Positions 16,681-27,535 are shown, counted from the stretch's first letter. The stretch is DNA of 64,000 nt from Rhodothermales bacterium (GCA_039944855.1 JBDUXZ010000005.1:372676-436675); one strand, 5' to 3'. Made by a program: numbers and translations. Notes: generated by a model not told the origin, from the sequence alone.

Positions 16681-19077
16681 TCAGCGCAGCCCGAGCACCG
16701 GATCTTCACGCTGCACGATCCACCGCAGCGCGTCGGCGCGGTCGCGCTGCTGCGCGGCGGCGTGCACCGCACCCTGCGCGTCATACGCCTCGGCAGCGCG
16801 GGCAGCGAACGCGATCGCGTCGCGCCGGTCGCCGAGGAGGTGGGCGTACTGTGCGAGCCACACCCACCGCTCGGCCTCCGCTTCGGGCACCGCGCGGGGT
16901 GGCACGGCTTCCAGTGCGGCCCGCGCCGCGCCGTAGTCGCCGGCCTCCGCCCACAGCCGCGCCGCCAGCAGGTGAGCAGCCGGATCGTTTCGCTCCGCCA
17001 ATCGCTCTGCCCGCTCCGCCGCGGGCTCCGTCCCGAGGAGAACGCCCAGCGCCTCCGCGTCGAGCCGTGCACGAGTTTGGAGGAGGGCCCGCGCCGACCG
17101 CTGGTACGGCGGCGTCGCTGTGAGCGCCTGTGCATAGGCGGAGTCCGCCTCCGCTCGTCGGCCCTCGAGCGCGAATGCGTCGCCGAGCCGTCCCCACAGC
17201 GCCGCGTCGGCGGACGCTCCGCCCGTCGTGTCGGCCTCCGTGATCGCCGCGTGCAGCCGCTCGATGACGGGCTGCGTCTCGCCCCGCGCGAGTGCGAGCC
17301 ATCCCCACGTCGAGAGGACGGCGGGCTGCGCCGGGGCGTCGGCGAGGGCGGCCTCGAAGTGGACTGCCGCCTCGTCGGGCTCCCCGGCGGCGAAGGCGGC
17401 GAGCCCGGCCCGGTACGCCCGCTTCCACGGCTCCACGTAGTGCGGGCAGCGCCGCTCGAAGAGCGACGGGCGCGTGAACACGCGGGCGACGAGCGCCTCG
17501 GCTTCGGCATCCGGCGGCGCGGCCATCACGGCCGCCTCCCACTCCGCCGCGAGCGTGTCGAGCGGCACGCCGTACGCCCGCTCGAAGTCGCCCGTGGCGT
17601 AGACGGCGCGCAGCGGCTCGGCCCCGCGCGTGGCGTAGAGGTAGCGGACGAACGAGCCGGCCGTGGTGTACGAGACGGCACCACGCCCCGTCCAGAACCC
17701 GAGCGGTGAGAGGCGCGACGCTACGGCCTCGCCGAGCGGCCCGACGAGCGTGCCCGCCGCGTCCCGGTACCGCGCCGCCGCCGCGACGCGTTCGTCCGGC
17801 CCCGGCAGCCCCTCCGGCGGTTCGAGCGCCACGGCCAACCCCTCCACGAGCCCGACGGCCAGCGATGCGCGGAGCACCGGCAGCCCGAACTCGCGCGAGA
17901 AGACATGGACGAGCTCGTGCGCGAACGTATCGTCGAAGCGGGCCGTGAGCAGGTGCATCTGCGGGCGCGGCAGCCACACCGGCGCCACGCTCGTCAGCCC
18001 GGCCCCGGTGAGCGCCGCCTTCGTCGCCGCGTCGGGGTAGAGGTACGTCGCGATCCGCTCCGGCACGTCGACGCCGAGCGCTTCGCGGAGCGCGTGATAG
18101 CGATAGGCATGAGCGTCAGCGATCACCTGCAATTCGCCGGGCGAGAGCGAGGTCGGGTCGTAGTAGATATCGAACCGCTCCGTCGCGAGGTGGCCGCCGA
18201 GTTGCTCGCGGATCAGCCAGCCCGGCGTGTTGAACCCGAGCCGCGCGGAGAAGAGGTACGCCGTCCCGATGAGCACGACGACGGCGAGCAGCGCCGACGT
18301 GAGTGTCGGGGTTTGGGGGTTTAGAGGTTTGGGGGCGGAAGGGGCAGCGTCATCCCTCCTCGTCCTCGCCCTACTCTCCTCTCCCTCCACCCCCTCCCTC
18401 CTCTCCTCTCCTTCCATTCTCGCCCTCCCCGCCCGCCTTTCCTTCGCCCGCAGACCGAGCAGCACGAGCGCCGTGACCCATAGCAGCGTGAGCCCGCGGA
18501 ACCAGAACAGCCCCGGCCGCACGGCCAGCTCCTCGTCGTAGATCGGGCCAAGCACGCCGCCCCAGACGTGGTTGTACGTGTAGAACTGCGGGTGCAGCCC
18601 GAGATCGTAGAGCACCGGCACGAGGGCAACGGCGAGCCCGACCACCACGAACGCGGTCCGCTGCCACGTCCTTCGCGTCGCATCAATCGCAAACGCGAGC
18701 GCGACGGCGAATGCCACGCTCGGCACCGCGAAGACGACGAAGAGGAGCGAGCCCTGGCCGTAGCCGCAGTTCGGCCGCCACAGGAGCGAGAGCGTGAGGA
18801 GGGCCCACGGTACGACGAGCAGCGCCTCCATCCGCCCAAGCGCCGCCCACAGCCCGTGCCCTCGCCGGAACAGCGCGAGCGCCGCCAGCCCCGACGCGAA
18901 GAACCCGACGCCCGCCACGACCGCACTCGACTCGACGTGGAGCAAGCCCAGCAGCGGCACCGGCCACAGCGCGAAACACAGCAGAGCGTACACCCCGGCG
19001 ACGAGGAGCGTCGGTCGGGCTGTGCTGCGTGATGCGCGATGCGTGGGCTTCACCTCGGCATGGGGGCTTGGTCTCAC
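16681..19077 (-). CDS. Polytopic membrane protein with a zincin-like HELVH domain and a C-terminal TPR-like Ala-rich region
   Basis: N-terminal ~230 aa contain multiple TM helices, followed by an E/G/R-rich linker. FAHELVHVF is an HExxH motif. The C-terminus is TPR-like. Start not certain. Confidence 0.6.
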   Translation of the reverse strand: MRPSPHAEVKPTHRASRSTARPTLLVAGVYALLCFALWPVPLLGLLHVESSAVVAGVGFFASGLAALALFRRGHGLWAALGRMEALLVVPWALLTLSLLWRPNCGYGQGSLLFVVFAVPSVAFAVALAFAIDATRRTWQRTAFVVVGLAVALVPVLYDLGLHPQFYTYNHVWGGVLGPIYDEELAVRPGLFWFRGLTLLWVTALVLLGLRAKERRAGRARMEGEERREGVEGEESRARTRRDDAAPSAPKPLNPQTPTLTSALLAVVVLIGTAYLFSARLGFNTPGWLIREQLGGHLATERFDIYYDPTSLSPGELQVIADAHAYRYHALREALGVDVPERIATYLYPDAATKAALTGAGLTSVAPVWLPRPQMHLLTARFDDTFAHELVHVFSREFGLPVLRASLAVGLVEGLAVALEPPEGLPGPDERVAAAARYRDAAGTLVGPLGEAVASRLSPLGFWTGRGAVSYTTAGSFVRYLYATRGAEPLRAVYATGDFERAYGVPLDTLAAEWEAAVMAAPPDAEAEALVARVFTRPSLFERRCPHYVEPWKRAYRAGLAAFAAGEPDEAAVHFEAALADAPAQPAVLSTWGWLALARGETQPVIERLHAAITEADTTGGASADAALWGRLGDAFALEGRRAEADSAYAQALTATPPYQRSARALLQTRARLDAEALGVLLGTEPAAERAERLAERNDPAAHLLAARLWAEAGDYGAARAALEAVPPRAVPEAEAERWVWLAQYAHLLGDRRDAIAFAARAAEAYDAQGAVHAAAQQRDRADALRWIVQREDPVLGLR

Positions 19078-19101
19078 GAATCACGTGTCACGTATTACGA
19101 C

Positions 19102-20025
19102 CTACAGCAGCCGGATCGCGACACCGATCGAGAGCACCTCTTTGAGCTGGATCTTGTCGATCGTGTCCTTGTCGTAGAGCGACACGAGTTCGAGGTTCGT
19201 GTTCAGCCAGTCGTTGACTTTGAGCTGGAGGATGTTCTCGAACACGAGGTCGGGCGCGGCGCTGTCGAGTTGGTTGAAGGCCTGGAACAGGCTCAACCGC
19301 GACTGGAGCAGGACGTTCTCGAACAGTTCCTTCTGGGCTTCGGCGAGGAACTCCAGCCCGGCCTGCACGCGGACCGTCTCGTCGAGCGCGTTGCCGTAGA
19401 CCGGCCGCAGCCGGTCGATGAGGACAATCGTCTCCTTCGTGGCGAAGCCGAGCCGCGCCGTGTACCAGCGGTCGGGGTCGTACGTGATGCCCACCGTCTG
19501 TGTCCAGATCGCCGGGGCGAAGAAGTCGGCCACCTTCAGCCGCTCGCCGGGGACGATGCGGTCGGCGAGCGTGGGGTAGGCCTCCGGGTCGGGGTCGTAG
19601 TCGAAGCCCGCCGCGAACTGCGTCCGGATATCGGTGGCGAACGTCGGCTGGAAGTGGCCGGTGCCGGTGTACTGGAGTTGGAACGCGTAGCGGATCACGT
19701 CGACGGCCTTGCGGAACTGGAGCGTGTCCTGCTTGACGAGGCCGAAGGCGAGGCGGGCGTCGTGCGTCTGCTTGAACCGGCCCATGAGGCGGGCGAACCG
19801 GCCGTTCGTGCCGACGGTGAAGGCGAGCGCGTCGAGCCCGCCCTCCTGCCAGTTGCTGTAGGCGGCCTGGTTGAACGCGAGCTGGCCGGTCAGCTTGGAG
19901 CGCCACCCCTCGGCGACAGTTAGCGGTTCCTCCTCATCCTGCGCGCTCGCCGGCGCGCCGGCAGCCAGCAGGAAGGCGGAGAGCCCGAGGAAAACGAAGA
20001 GCCGGCGGAAGACGAAGAGCGGCAT
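19102..20025 (-). CDS. DUF3078 outer-membrane beta-barrel-like protein
   Basis: Signal peptide MPLFVFRRLFVFLGLSAFLLAAGAPASAQ. FNQAAYSNWQEGG is typical of DUF3078. Confidence 0.7.
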   Translation of the reverse strand: MPLFVFRRLFVFLGLSAFLLAAGAPASAQDEEEPLTVAEGWRSKLTGQLAFNQAAYSNWQEGGLDALAFTVGTNGRFARLMGRFKQTHDARLAFGLVKQDTLQFRKAVDVIRYAFQLQYTGTGHFQPTFATDIRTQFAAGFDYDPDPEAYPTLADRIVPGERLKVADFFAPAIWTQTVGITYDPDRWYTARLGFATKETIVLIDRLRPVYGNALDETVRVQAGLEFLAEAQKELFENVLLQSRLSLFQAFNQLDSAAPDLVFENILQLKVNDWLNTNLELVSLYDKDTIDKIQLKEVLSIGVAIRLL

Positions 20026-20051
20026 AGCGGGAGTCGGTGGAAGCGCGGGGG

Positions 20052-20087
20052 TAAAAAAGAAGGGCCACGCCACTGCCGGCGCGGCCC
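20052..20087 (-). terminator. Intrinsic terminator downstream of the histone-like gene
   Basis: On the minus strand: GGGCCGCGCC / loop / GGCGTGGCCC (9 of 10 pairs plus a wobble), followed by TTCTTTTTTA. Confidence 0.7.
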
Positions 20088-20111
20088 TCGACGAACTGTA
20101 GCGGGCGAAGC

Positions 20112-20288
20112 CTACATGTCGCTCTTCTTGTCCTGGATCTCGACCCGGATGTCCTGGGCCATCTTCTTCAGATCCTGCATCCCTTTGCGGACGCGGGTGC
20201 CAGCGGCTTTGTTGCCTTTTTCGTAGAACTGGCTGAAGTCGCGTTCCATGGACTCCACAAATTCCTTGAGATCGTCGTAACGGGCCAT
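20112..20288 (-). CDS. Histone H1-like small basic DNA-binding protein (58 aa)
   Basis: MARYDDLKEFVESMERDFSQFYEKGNKAAGTRVRKGMQDLKKMAQDIRVEIQ matches the Bacteroidota histone H1-like family. GGAGG lies 9 nt upstream of the ATG. Confidence 0.75.
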   Translation of the reverse strand: MARYDDLKEFVESMERDFSQFYEKGNKAAGTRVRKGMQDLKKMAQDIRVEIQDKKSDM

Positions 20289-20423
20289 GAGTTGAATCCT
20301 CCGTATGGGGGTGATAGGCGAGGCCAGCCGTTCATCGGCAAGCCCCATAGAAACGTGAGTGACGCGAAAATGATAGCACCCGTAGGGCAAGGTGTCAAGC
20401 CGCAATCGCCCTCTCGGCGTGAT

Positions 20424-21149
20424 TTAAGGCGTTTTCTTTGCCGTCTCCGGGCGGATTCGTGTGGCCAGGACCGGCGCCGAGCGCAACCCCGACCGGCTCG
20501 TTATGGTCACCTCGGCCCCCGCCGCGTGCCCATCGCGCAACGCCTCTGGTTCGGGCACCACCCCTTCCGTTACCGCGTCCATCGCGGCCTCATCGATCCG
20601 CCGATCACCCGAATACAGTCCGTTCTGGCCGTTTTTCGTCAGGAACGTGGCGACGGCCGGCATGCCCGAATCGGTGAGTGCGAGCGCGAGCGCCCCGGCC
20701 ACCGCCCCGCCGTTTACCTCCTCCGCCTCCCCGCTCGGACCCGGAAGGAGAGCCGTCACGACGGGCACCGCGCCCTGCGCGACGAGATCACGCAGCCACG
20801 TCACTTTTTTAGCGAGAATCCCGCCCTCGGCCCGCTGCAGGAGCCCGCGACCCGACGCTTCGATCCCCACGGCCGCGACGCCTGCCTCGTTGAGCGTGTG
20901 GACGATCTGCCGGTTTAGCTCCCGCGCCGCCCGCGCCACGATGCGCCGATCCTCGGTCGACTCGACGCGGAGCACGCCGCCGTCGAACGTCGGGAATCGC
21001 CCCTGCGCTTCGAGCGCGCGCTCCGCCGCCTCCCCTGCGCCGTGGACGAGCACGCACGGCGCGCCGAGGTGCTGCACGTCACGGGCGAAGCCGGTGAGGA
21101 AGAGCGGGTCGCCGAGGTGGTAGCGGTCGAGGTAGAGGACGTAGGTCAT
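20424..21149 (-). CDS. Amino-acid-kinase superfamily protein, ArgB-like, without the canonical N-terminal K-x-G-G motif
   Basis: VLVHGAGEAAE and later AAK-like segments are present. The N-terminus reads YVLYLDRYHLGDP instead of hhKhGG. Confidence 0.5.
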   Translation of the reverse strand: MTYVLYLDRYHLGDPLFLTGFARDVQHLGAPCVLVHGAGEAAERALEAQGRFPTFDGGVLRVESTEDRRIVARAARELNRQIVHTLNEAGVAAVGIEASGRGLLQRAEGGILAKKVTWLRDLVAQGAVPVVTALLPGPSGEAEEVNGGAVAGALALALTDSGMPAVATFLTKNGQNGLYSGDRRIDEAAMDAVTEGVVPEPEALRDGHAAGAEVTITSRSGLRSAPVLATRIRPETAKKTP

Positions 21150-21189
21150 GCGAGGGCAGGTCGGGCGGACGGAGAGGGCGTGCCCCTTC

Positions 21190-23031
<1,842 letters not shown>

Positions 23032-23248
23032 AATTTCTAACCATCCTCTGCATGATCTTTTCTGGAAACGTTCGGTCGTTCCCTGCCGCTTTCCTTACAT
23101 CGAACAAAGAAACGCCTGAACCAGTGTGGAGAGGGAAGCCCTTGCGGGCGGAGTCCGGGTAGCGAGTTATCCACACGCCTTGTGGTCGGCTCGGTCTCCC
23201 TGCATCTTTCGGGACCCCTGCCCCACCCGCCCTCACCCGATCCGCCGG

Positions 23249-26200
23249 ATGCCCGAGTTCTGCCACCTCCACTGCCACACCCAGTATTCCCTCCTCGACG
23301 GCGCCGCCCGCATCAAAAAGCTCGTCGGCCGCGCGGCAGAGCTAGAGATCCCGGCGCTCGCCATCACCGACCACGGCAATCTCTTCGGCGTCCCCGAATT
23401 CTACACGTACGCGAAGCAGGCGAATGTCCAGCCCATCATCGGCTGCGAGTTCTACGTCACGCCCAGCGGGATGGGCGACACCAACGACCGCACGCGCTAC
23501 CACCAGGTCCTCCTCGCCAAAGACGAAGTCGGCTACCGCAACCTGATCAAGCTCTCGTCGATGAGCTATACCGACGGGTTCTACTACAAGCCGCGCATCG
23601 ACCGCGACACGCTGCGCGCCCACAGCGAAGGGCTCGTCGCGACGACGTGCTGCCTCCAGGGCGAGGTATTGCAGACGATCCTGAACAAAGGCGAGGTCGC
23701 CGGGCTGAAGGTGTTCAAGGAGTACCTCGACATCTTCGGCGAGGACTACTACATCGAGATCCAGGACCACGGCATCCCCGAGCAGCGGAAGTGCAACGCC
23801 GTACTGCTCCGGTGGGCCGAGCAGTTCGGCGTCAAGGTCGTCGCCACGAACGACGTGCACTACGTCGAGCAGGACGACGCGGCGGCGCAGGACGTGCTCC
23901 TCTGCCTCCAGACCGGCCGCGCGCTGAACGACCCGACACGGATGCGGTTCGAGAACGACCAGTTCTTCCTGAAGTCGGCGCCGCAGATGCAGGCGGCGTT
24001 CGCGGACTCCGTCGGCGACGCGCTCGTCGTCGACCGCGCGCTCGACACGACGCGCGAGATCGCGGACAAGTGCAGGCTCGACCTCCAGATGGGGACGCTG
24101 CTGATGCCGCACTTCCCGCTCCCCGAGGCGTTCGAGCTGCCCGGCGCCTACCTCCGCCACCTCGTCTACGAAGGCGCGAAGGTGCGCTACGGGCGCGAGG
24201 GCATCAGCGAGCTCATCCGCGAACGGCTCGACTACGAGCTGAAGGTGATCTCCGAGATGGGCTTCGACGGCTACTTCCTCATCGTGCAGGACTTCACGAC
24301 GGCCGCCCGCGACCTCGGCGTGAGCGTCGGGCCGGGCCGAGGCTCCGCCGCCGGATCGTGCGTCGCCTACTGCCTCGGCATCACGAACATCGACCCGCTC
24401 CAGTACGACCTCCTCTTCGAGCGCTTCCTCAACCCCGAGCGCATCTCGATGCCGGACATCGACATCGACTTCGACGACCGGGGCCGCGCCAAAGTCATCG
24501 ACTACGTCGTGCAGAAGTACGGCCGCGAGTCGGTCTGCCAGATCGTGACGTTCGGGACGATGGGCTCGAAGTCGGTCATCCGCGACGTGGCGCGCGTGCT
24601 CGACATCCCGCTCCCCGAGGCCGACCGGATCTCGAAGCTCGTGCCCGACGGCGTGAAGGTGTCGCTCGAAGACGCGAAGTCGAGCGTCAAGGAGTTCGCC
24701 GAGCTATACAAGTCGCCGGACCCGCAGATCCGCAAGCTGATGCACTACGCGACGGTGCTCGAAGGCTCGGCGCGGCACACGGGCGTCCACGCCGCCGGCG
24801 TGATCATCGCCCCCGGCGACGTGTCGCAGTACGTCCCCGTCTCGATCCAGAAAGGCAAGGGCGGCGCGGGCGACGCCGTCGTGACGCAGTACGACGGGAA
24901 GTGGATCGAGGAGTTCGGCCTGCTGAAGATGGACTTCCTCGGGCTTAAAACCCTGACGGTTCTCGACGATGCCCTTGCCCTCATCAAGACCGGCCACGGC
25001 GTCGAGATCGACCTCGACAGCCTGCCGCTCGACGACGAGAAGACGTACAAACTCTTCCAGAAAGGCGACACCGTCGGCATTTTCCAGTTTGAGTCGGAGG
25101 GGATGCGCGAGTGGATGCGGAAGCTGAAGCCGACGGGCATCGACGACCTCATCGCAATGAACGCGCTCTACCGGCCGGGCCCGATGGACCTCATCCCGAG
25201 CTACATCGACCGGAAGCACGGCCGCGAAGAGGTGGAGCACCCGCACCCGATGCTCGCCGAGATCCTGGAGCCGACCTACGGCATCCCGGTCTACCAGGAG
25301 CAGGTGATGCAGATGGCGCAGGTGATGGGCGGCTACACGCTCGGCGGCGCCGACCTGCTGCGCCGCGCGATGGGCAAGAAGAAGCAGGAGGAGATGGATA
25401 CGCAGCGCGTGATCTTCGTCGAGGGCGCGACGAAGAAGGACGTGGACGAGAAGACGGCGAACGAGGTCTTCGACATGATGGCGAAGTTCGCGGGCTACGG
25501 CTTCAACAAGTCGCACAGTGCCGCCTACAGTTTGGTGGCGTATCACACCGCGTACCTGAAGGCACACTACCCGGCCGAGTTCATGGCCGCCGTGCTGACG
25601 AACGAGGCGGGCGACTCGAAGAAGCTCGCCGTCGCGCTCGACGAGGCGCGGCGGATGGGGCTCGACCTCCTCCCCCCCTGCGTCAACCGCTCCGAGCACC
25701 ACTTCAACGTCGAAGTCGAGGACGGGCAGCGGTTCGTGCGCTACGGGCTCTACGCCGTCAAAACCGTCGGCGCGGGCGCGATCGAGGCGATCGTGAACGA
25801 GCGGGCCGAGCGTGGGCCGTACGAGTCGCTCTTCGACTTCTGCAAGCGCGTCGACCTCCACTCGGTCAACAAGACGGCCCTGGAGGCGCTCACGCGGGCG
25901 GGCGCGTTCGACTTCTGCGAGGCGCACCGGGCGCAGCTCTCCGGGGCCTCCGACGACGCCTACCGCTTCGGGCAGCAGCACCAGGTCAACAAGGCGCTCG
26001 GCCAGAACTCCCTCTTCGGCGGCAGCGACCCCGGCGTCGACAACTTCGAGCCGTCGCTTCCGCACGTCGAGCCGTGGACGCGCGGCGAGCAGCTCCGCCA
26101 CGAGAAAGAGCTGATGGGGTTCTACGTCTCCGGCCACCCGCTCGACGCCTACGAGGCCGAGGTCAACGCCTTCGTCAGCGCCTACCTCGGGCGGCCCGAC

Positions 26201-26722
26201 GACATCGACCTCGAGCGCGACCACAAGGTGTGCGGCATCATCACCGAAGTCAAGCAGATCACGACGAAGGCCGGCAAGCCGATGGCGTTCCTCACGCTCG
26301 AGGACCAGACCGGGCAGGGCGAGGTCGTCCTATTCACGAGCGTGTTCGAGCGGCACAGCCACATGCTCCGCACGGACGAGGTGGTGATGGTGCGCGGGCA
26401 GGCCGAGGTGCGCGGCGGCAGCGTGAAGATCAAAGCGCAGTCCGTGGACGCGATGTGGAAGGTGCGCGAGGAGTACGTCAAGCGCATCATCCTCCGCCTC
26501 AACGCTGACGACACCCTCCCCGAGGCGATGGACGAGTTCTACGCGCTCTGCCAGCGCAACAAAGGCCCCGTGCAACTGCTGTTCGACGTGGAGACGCGGG
26601 AGATCCCGCAGCCCGTCCGCCTCCGCGCGCAGAAAGGCATGGTCGAGCCGACGCCCGAGCTGATGCAGGGGATGTACCGGCTGTTCGGTCGGAAGATGGT
26701 GGCGCTGGAGGGGGATGCGTGA
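23249..26722 (+). CDS. dnaE: DNA polymerase III alpha subunit
   Basis: PHP N-terminus MPEFCHLHCHTQYSLLDGA, polymerase core, HhH and OB regions. ~1157 aa. Confidence 0.95.
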   Translation: MPEFCHLHCHTQYSLLDGAARIKKLVGRAAELEIPALAITDHGNLFGVPEFYTYAKQANVQPIIGCEFYVTPSGMGDTNDRTRYHQVLLAKDEVGYRNLIKLSSMSYTDGFYYKPRIDRDTLRAHSEGLVATTCCLQGEVLQTILNKGEVAGLKVFKEYLDIFGEDYYIEIQDHGIPEQRKCNAVLLRWAEQFGVKVVATNDVHYVEQDDAAAQDVLLCLQTGRALNDPTRMRFENDQFFLKSAPQMQAAFADSVGDALVVDRALDTTREIADKCRLDLQMGTLLMPHFPLPEAFELPGAYLRHLVYEGAKVRYGREGISELIRERLDYELKVISEMGFDGYFLIVQDFTTAARDLGVSVGPGRGSAAGSCVAYCLGITNIDPLQYDLLFERFLNPERISMPDIDIDFDDRGRAKVIDYVVQKYGRESVCQIVTFGTMGSKSVIRDVARVLDIPLPEADRISKLVPDGVKVSLEDAKSSVKEFAELYKSPDPQIRKLMHYATVLEGSARHTGVHAAGVIIAPGDVSQYVPVSIQKGKGGAGDAVVTQYDGKWIEEFGLLKMDFLGLKTLTVLDDALALIKTGHGVEIDLDSLPLDDEKTYKLFQKGDTVGIFQFESEGMREWMRKLKPTGIDDLIAMNALYRPGPMDLIPSYIDRKHGREEVEHPHPMLAEILEPTYGIPVYQEQVMQMAQVMGGYTLGGADLLRRAMGKKKQEEMDTQRVIFVEGATKKDVDEKTANEVFDMMAKFAGYGFNKSHSAAYSLVAYHTAYLKAHYPAEFMAAVLTNEAGDSKKLAVALDEARRMGLDLLPPCVNRSEHHFNVEVEDGQRFVRYGLYAVKTVGAGAIEAIVNERAERGPYESLFDFCKRVDLHSVNKTALEALTRAGAFDFCEAHRAQLSGASDDAYRFGQQHQVNKALGQNSLFGGSDPGVDNFEPSLPHVEPWTRGEQLRHEKELMGFYVSGHPLDAYEAEVNAFVSAYLGRPDDIDLERDHKVCGIITEVKQITTKAGKPMAFLTLEDQTGQGEVVLFTSVFERHSHMLRTDEVVMVRGQAEVRGGSVKIKAQSVDAMWKVREEYVKRIILRLNADDTLPEAMDEFYALCQRNKGPVQLLFDVETREIPQPVRLRAQKGMVEPTPELMQGMYRLFGRKMVALEGDA

Positions 26723-27186
26723 AGCCGACCGTCTATCTCGAAACCTCGTTCGTGGGCTACCTCACTGCTCGCCCGGCGCGGGACGTGATCGTGCTGGCGA
26801 ACCAGCAGCTCACGCGGGAATGGTGGGAGCGGCGGCGCGAGGACTTTGAGATGTTCGCCTCCGCCGCTGTCCGCCGAGAGGCCGGGGCCGGGAATGCCGA
26901 GGCCGCCCGCGAGCGGCTGGCCGTGCTGGAGGGCATCGCTTCGCTGTCCGTGACTGACGAGGCGGGGCGACTCGCTGGAGCTTTCCTTGCCGAGGGAGCG
27001 CTGCCCGAAAAGGCGGCCGAAGATGCGCTCCACGTCGCGATCGCCGCGACGAACGGGATGGACTATTTGCTCACCTGGAACTGCAAGCACATCGCCAACG
27101 CCACGCTCCGAAACCTGATCGAGCAGGTCTGCCGTTCAAACGGCTACGTAACCCCCACGATCTGCACCCCCGCTGAGCTTTTCTAA
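26719..27186 (+). CDS. PIN-like (VapC-type) protein; GTG start overlaps the dnaE stop (GTGA)
   Basis: The first-strand VYLETSF lies 5 residues from the start. EDALHVAIAA and LLTWNCKHIAN are motifs I associate with a PIN-like toxin family. Confidence 0.65.
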   Translation: MKPTVYLETSFVGYLTARPARDVIVLANQQLTREWWERRREDFEMFASAAVRREAGAGNAEAARERLAVLEGIASLSVTDEAGRLAGAFLAEGALPEKAAEDALHVAIAATNGMDYLLTWNCKHIANATLRNLIEQVCRSNGYVTPTICTPAELF

Positions 27187-27193
27187 CGAGACC

Positions 27194-27403
27194 ATGCTTC
27201 CTGACCTCCCCGACTCCGAGCAGTGGGACGACCCCATCGTCGCCGAGATTCGCGCCGTCCGTGACGCCCACGCCCGCACGTTCAATTACGACCTCGACGC
27301 CATCTTTGCCGACATCAAGCGCCACGAAGACGAACTCCGCCGACAGGGCTACACGTTTGTGGACCGCTCAAAGGAAGCGAAGCAGGCTGGCGCTGCGGAG
27401 TAG
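27194..27403 (+). CDS. Small partner protein of the PIN-like gene (putative antitoxin, 69 aa)
   Basis: Starts 8 nt after the PIN-like stop on the same strand. DDPIVAEIRAVRDAHARTFNYDLDAIFADIK resembles small proteins seen next to such PIN genes. Confidence 0.5.
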   Translation: MLPDLPDSEQWDDPIVAEIRAVRDAHARTFNYDLDAIFADIKRHEDELRRQGYTFVDRSKEAKQAGAAE

Positions 27404-27408
27404 CGAAT

Positions 27409-27535
27409 GCGGGAGATCCCGCAGCCCGTCCGCCTGCGCGCCCAGAAAGGCATGGTCGAGCCGACGCCGGAGCTGATGCAGGGGATGTACCGCCGCTTCG
27501 GCCGAAAGATGGTGGCGCTAGAAGGAGATGCTTAG
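27409..27535 (+). pseudogene. Displaced duplicate of the dnaE 3' end (last 42 codons plus a TAG stop)
   Basis: 127 nt align without gaps to 26596-26722, with 14 mismatches by my count. Translation is identical except one L-to-R change. Confidence 0.9.

Noticed and set aside
27407-27535. 42-codon ATG-initiated mini-ORF (MREIPQPVRLRAQ...)
   Set aside because: It is the displaced copy of the dnaE C-terminus. The ATG is created at the junction. I treat it as a remnant rather than a gene.
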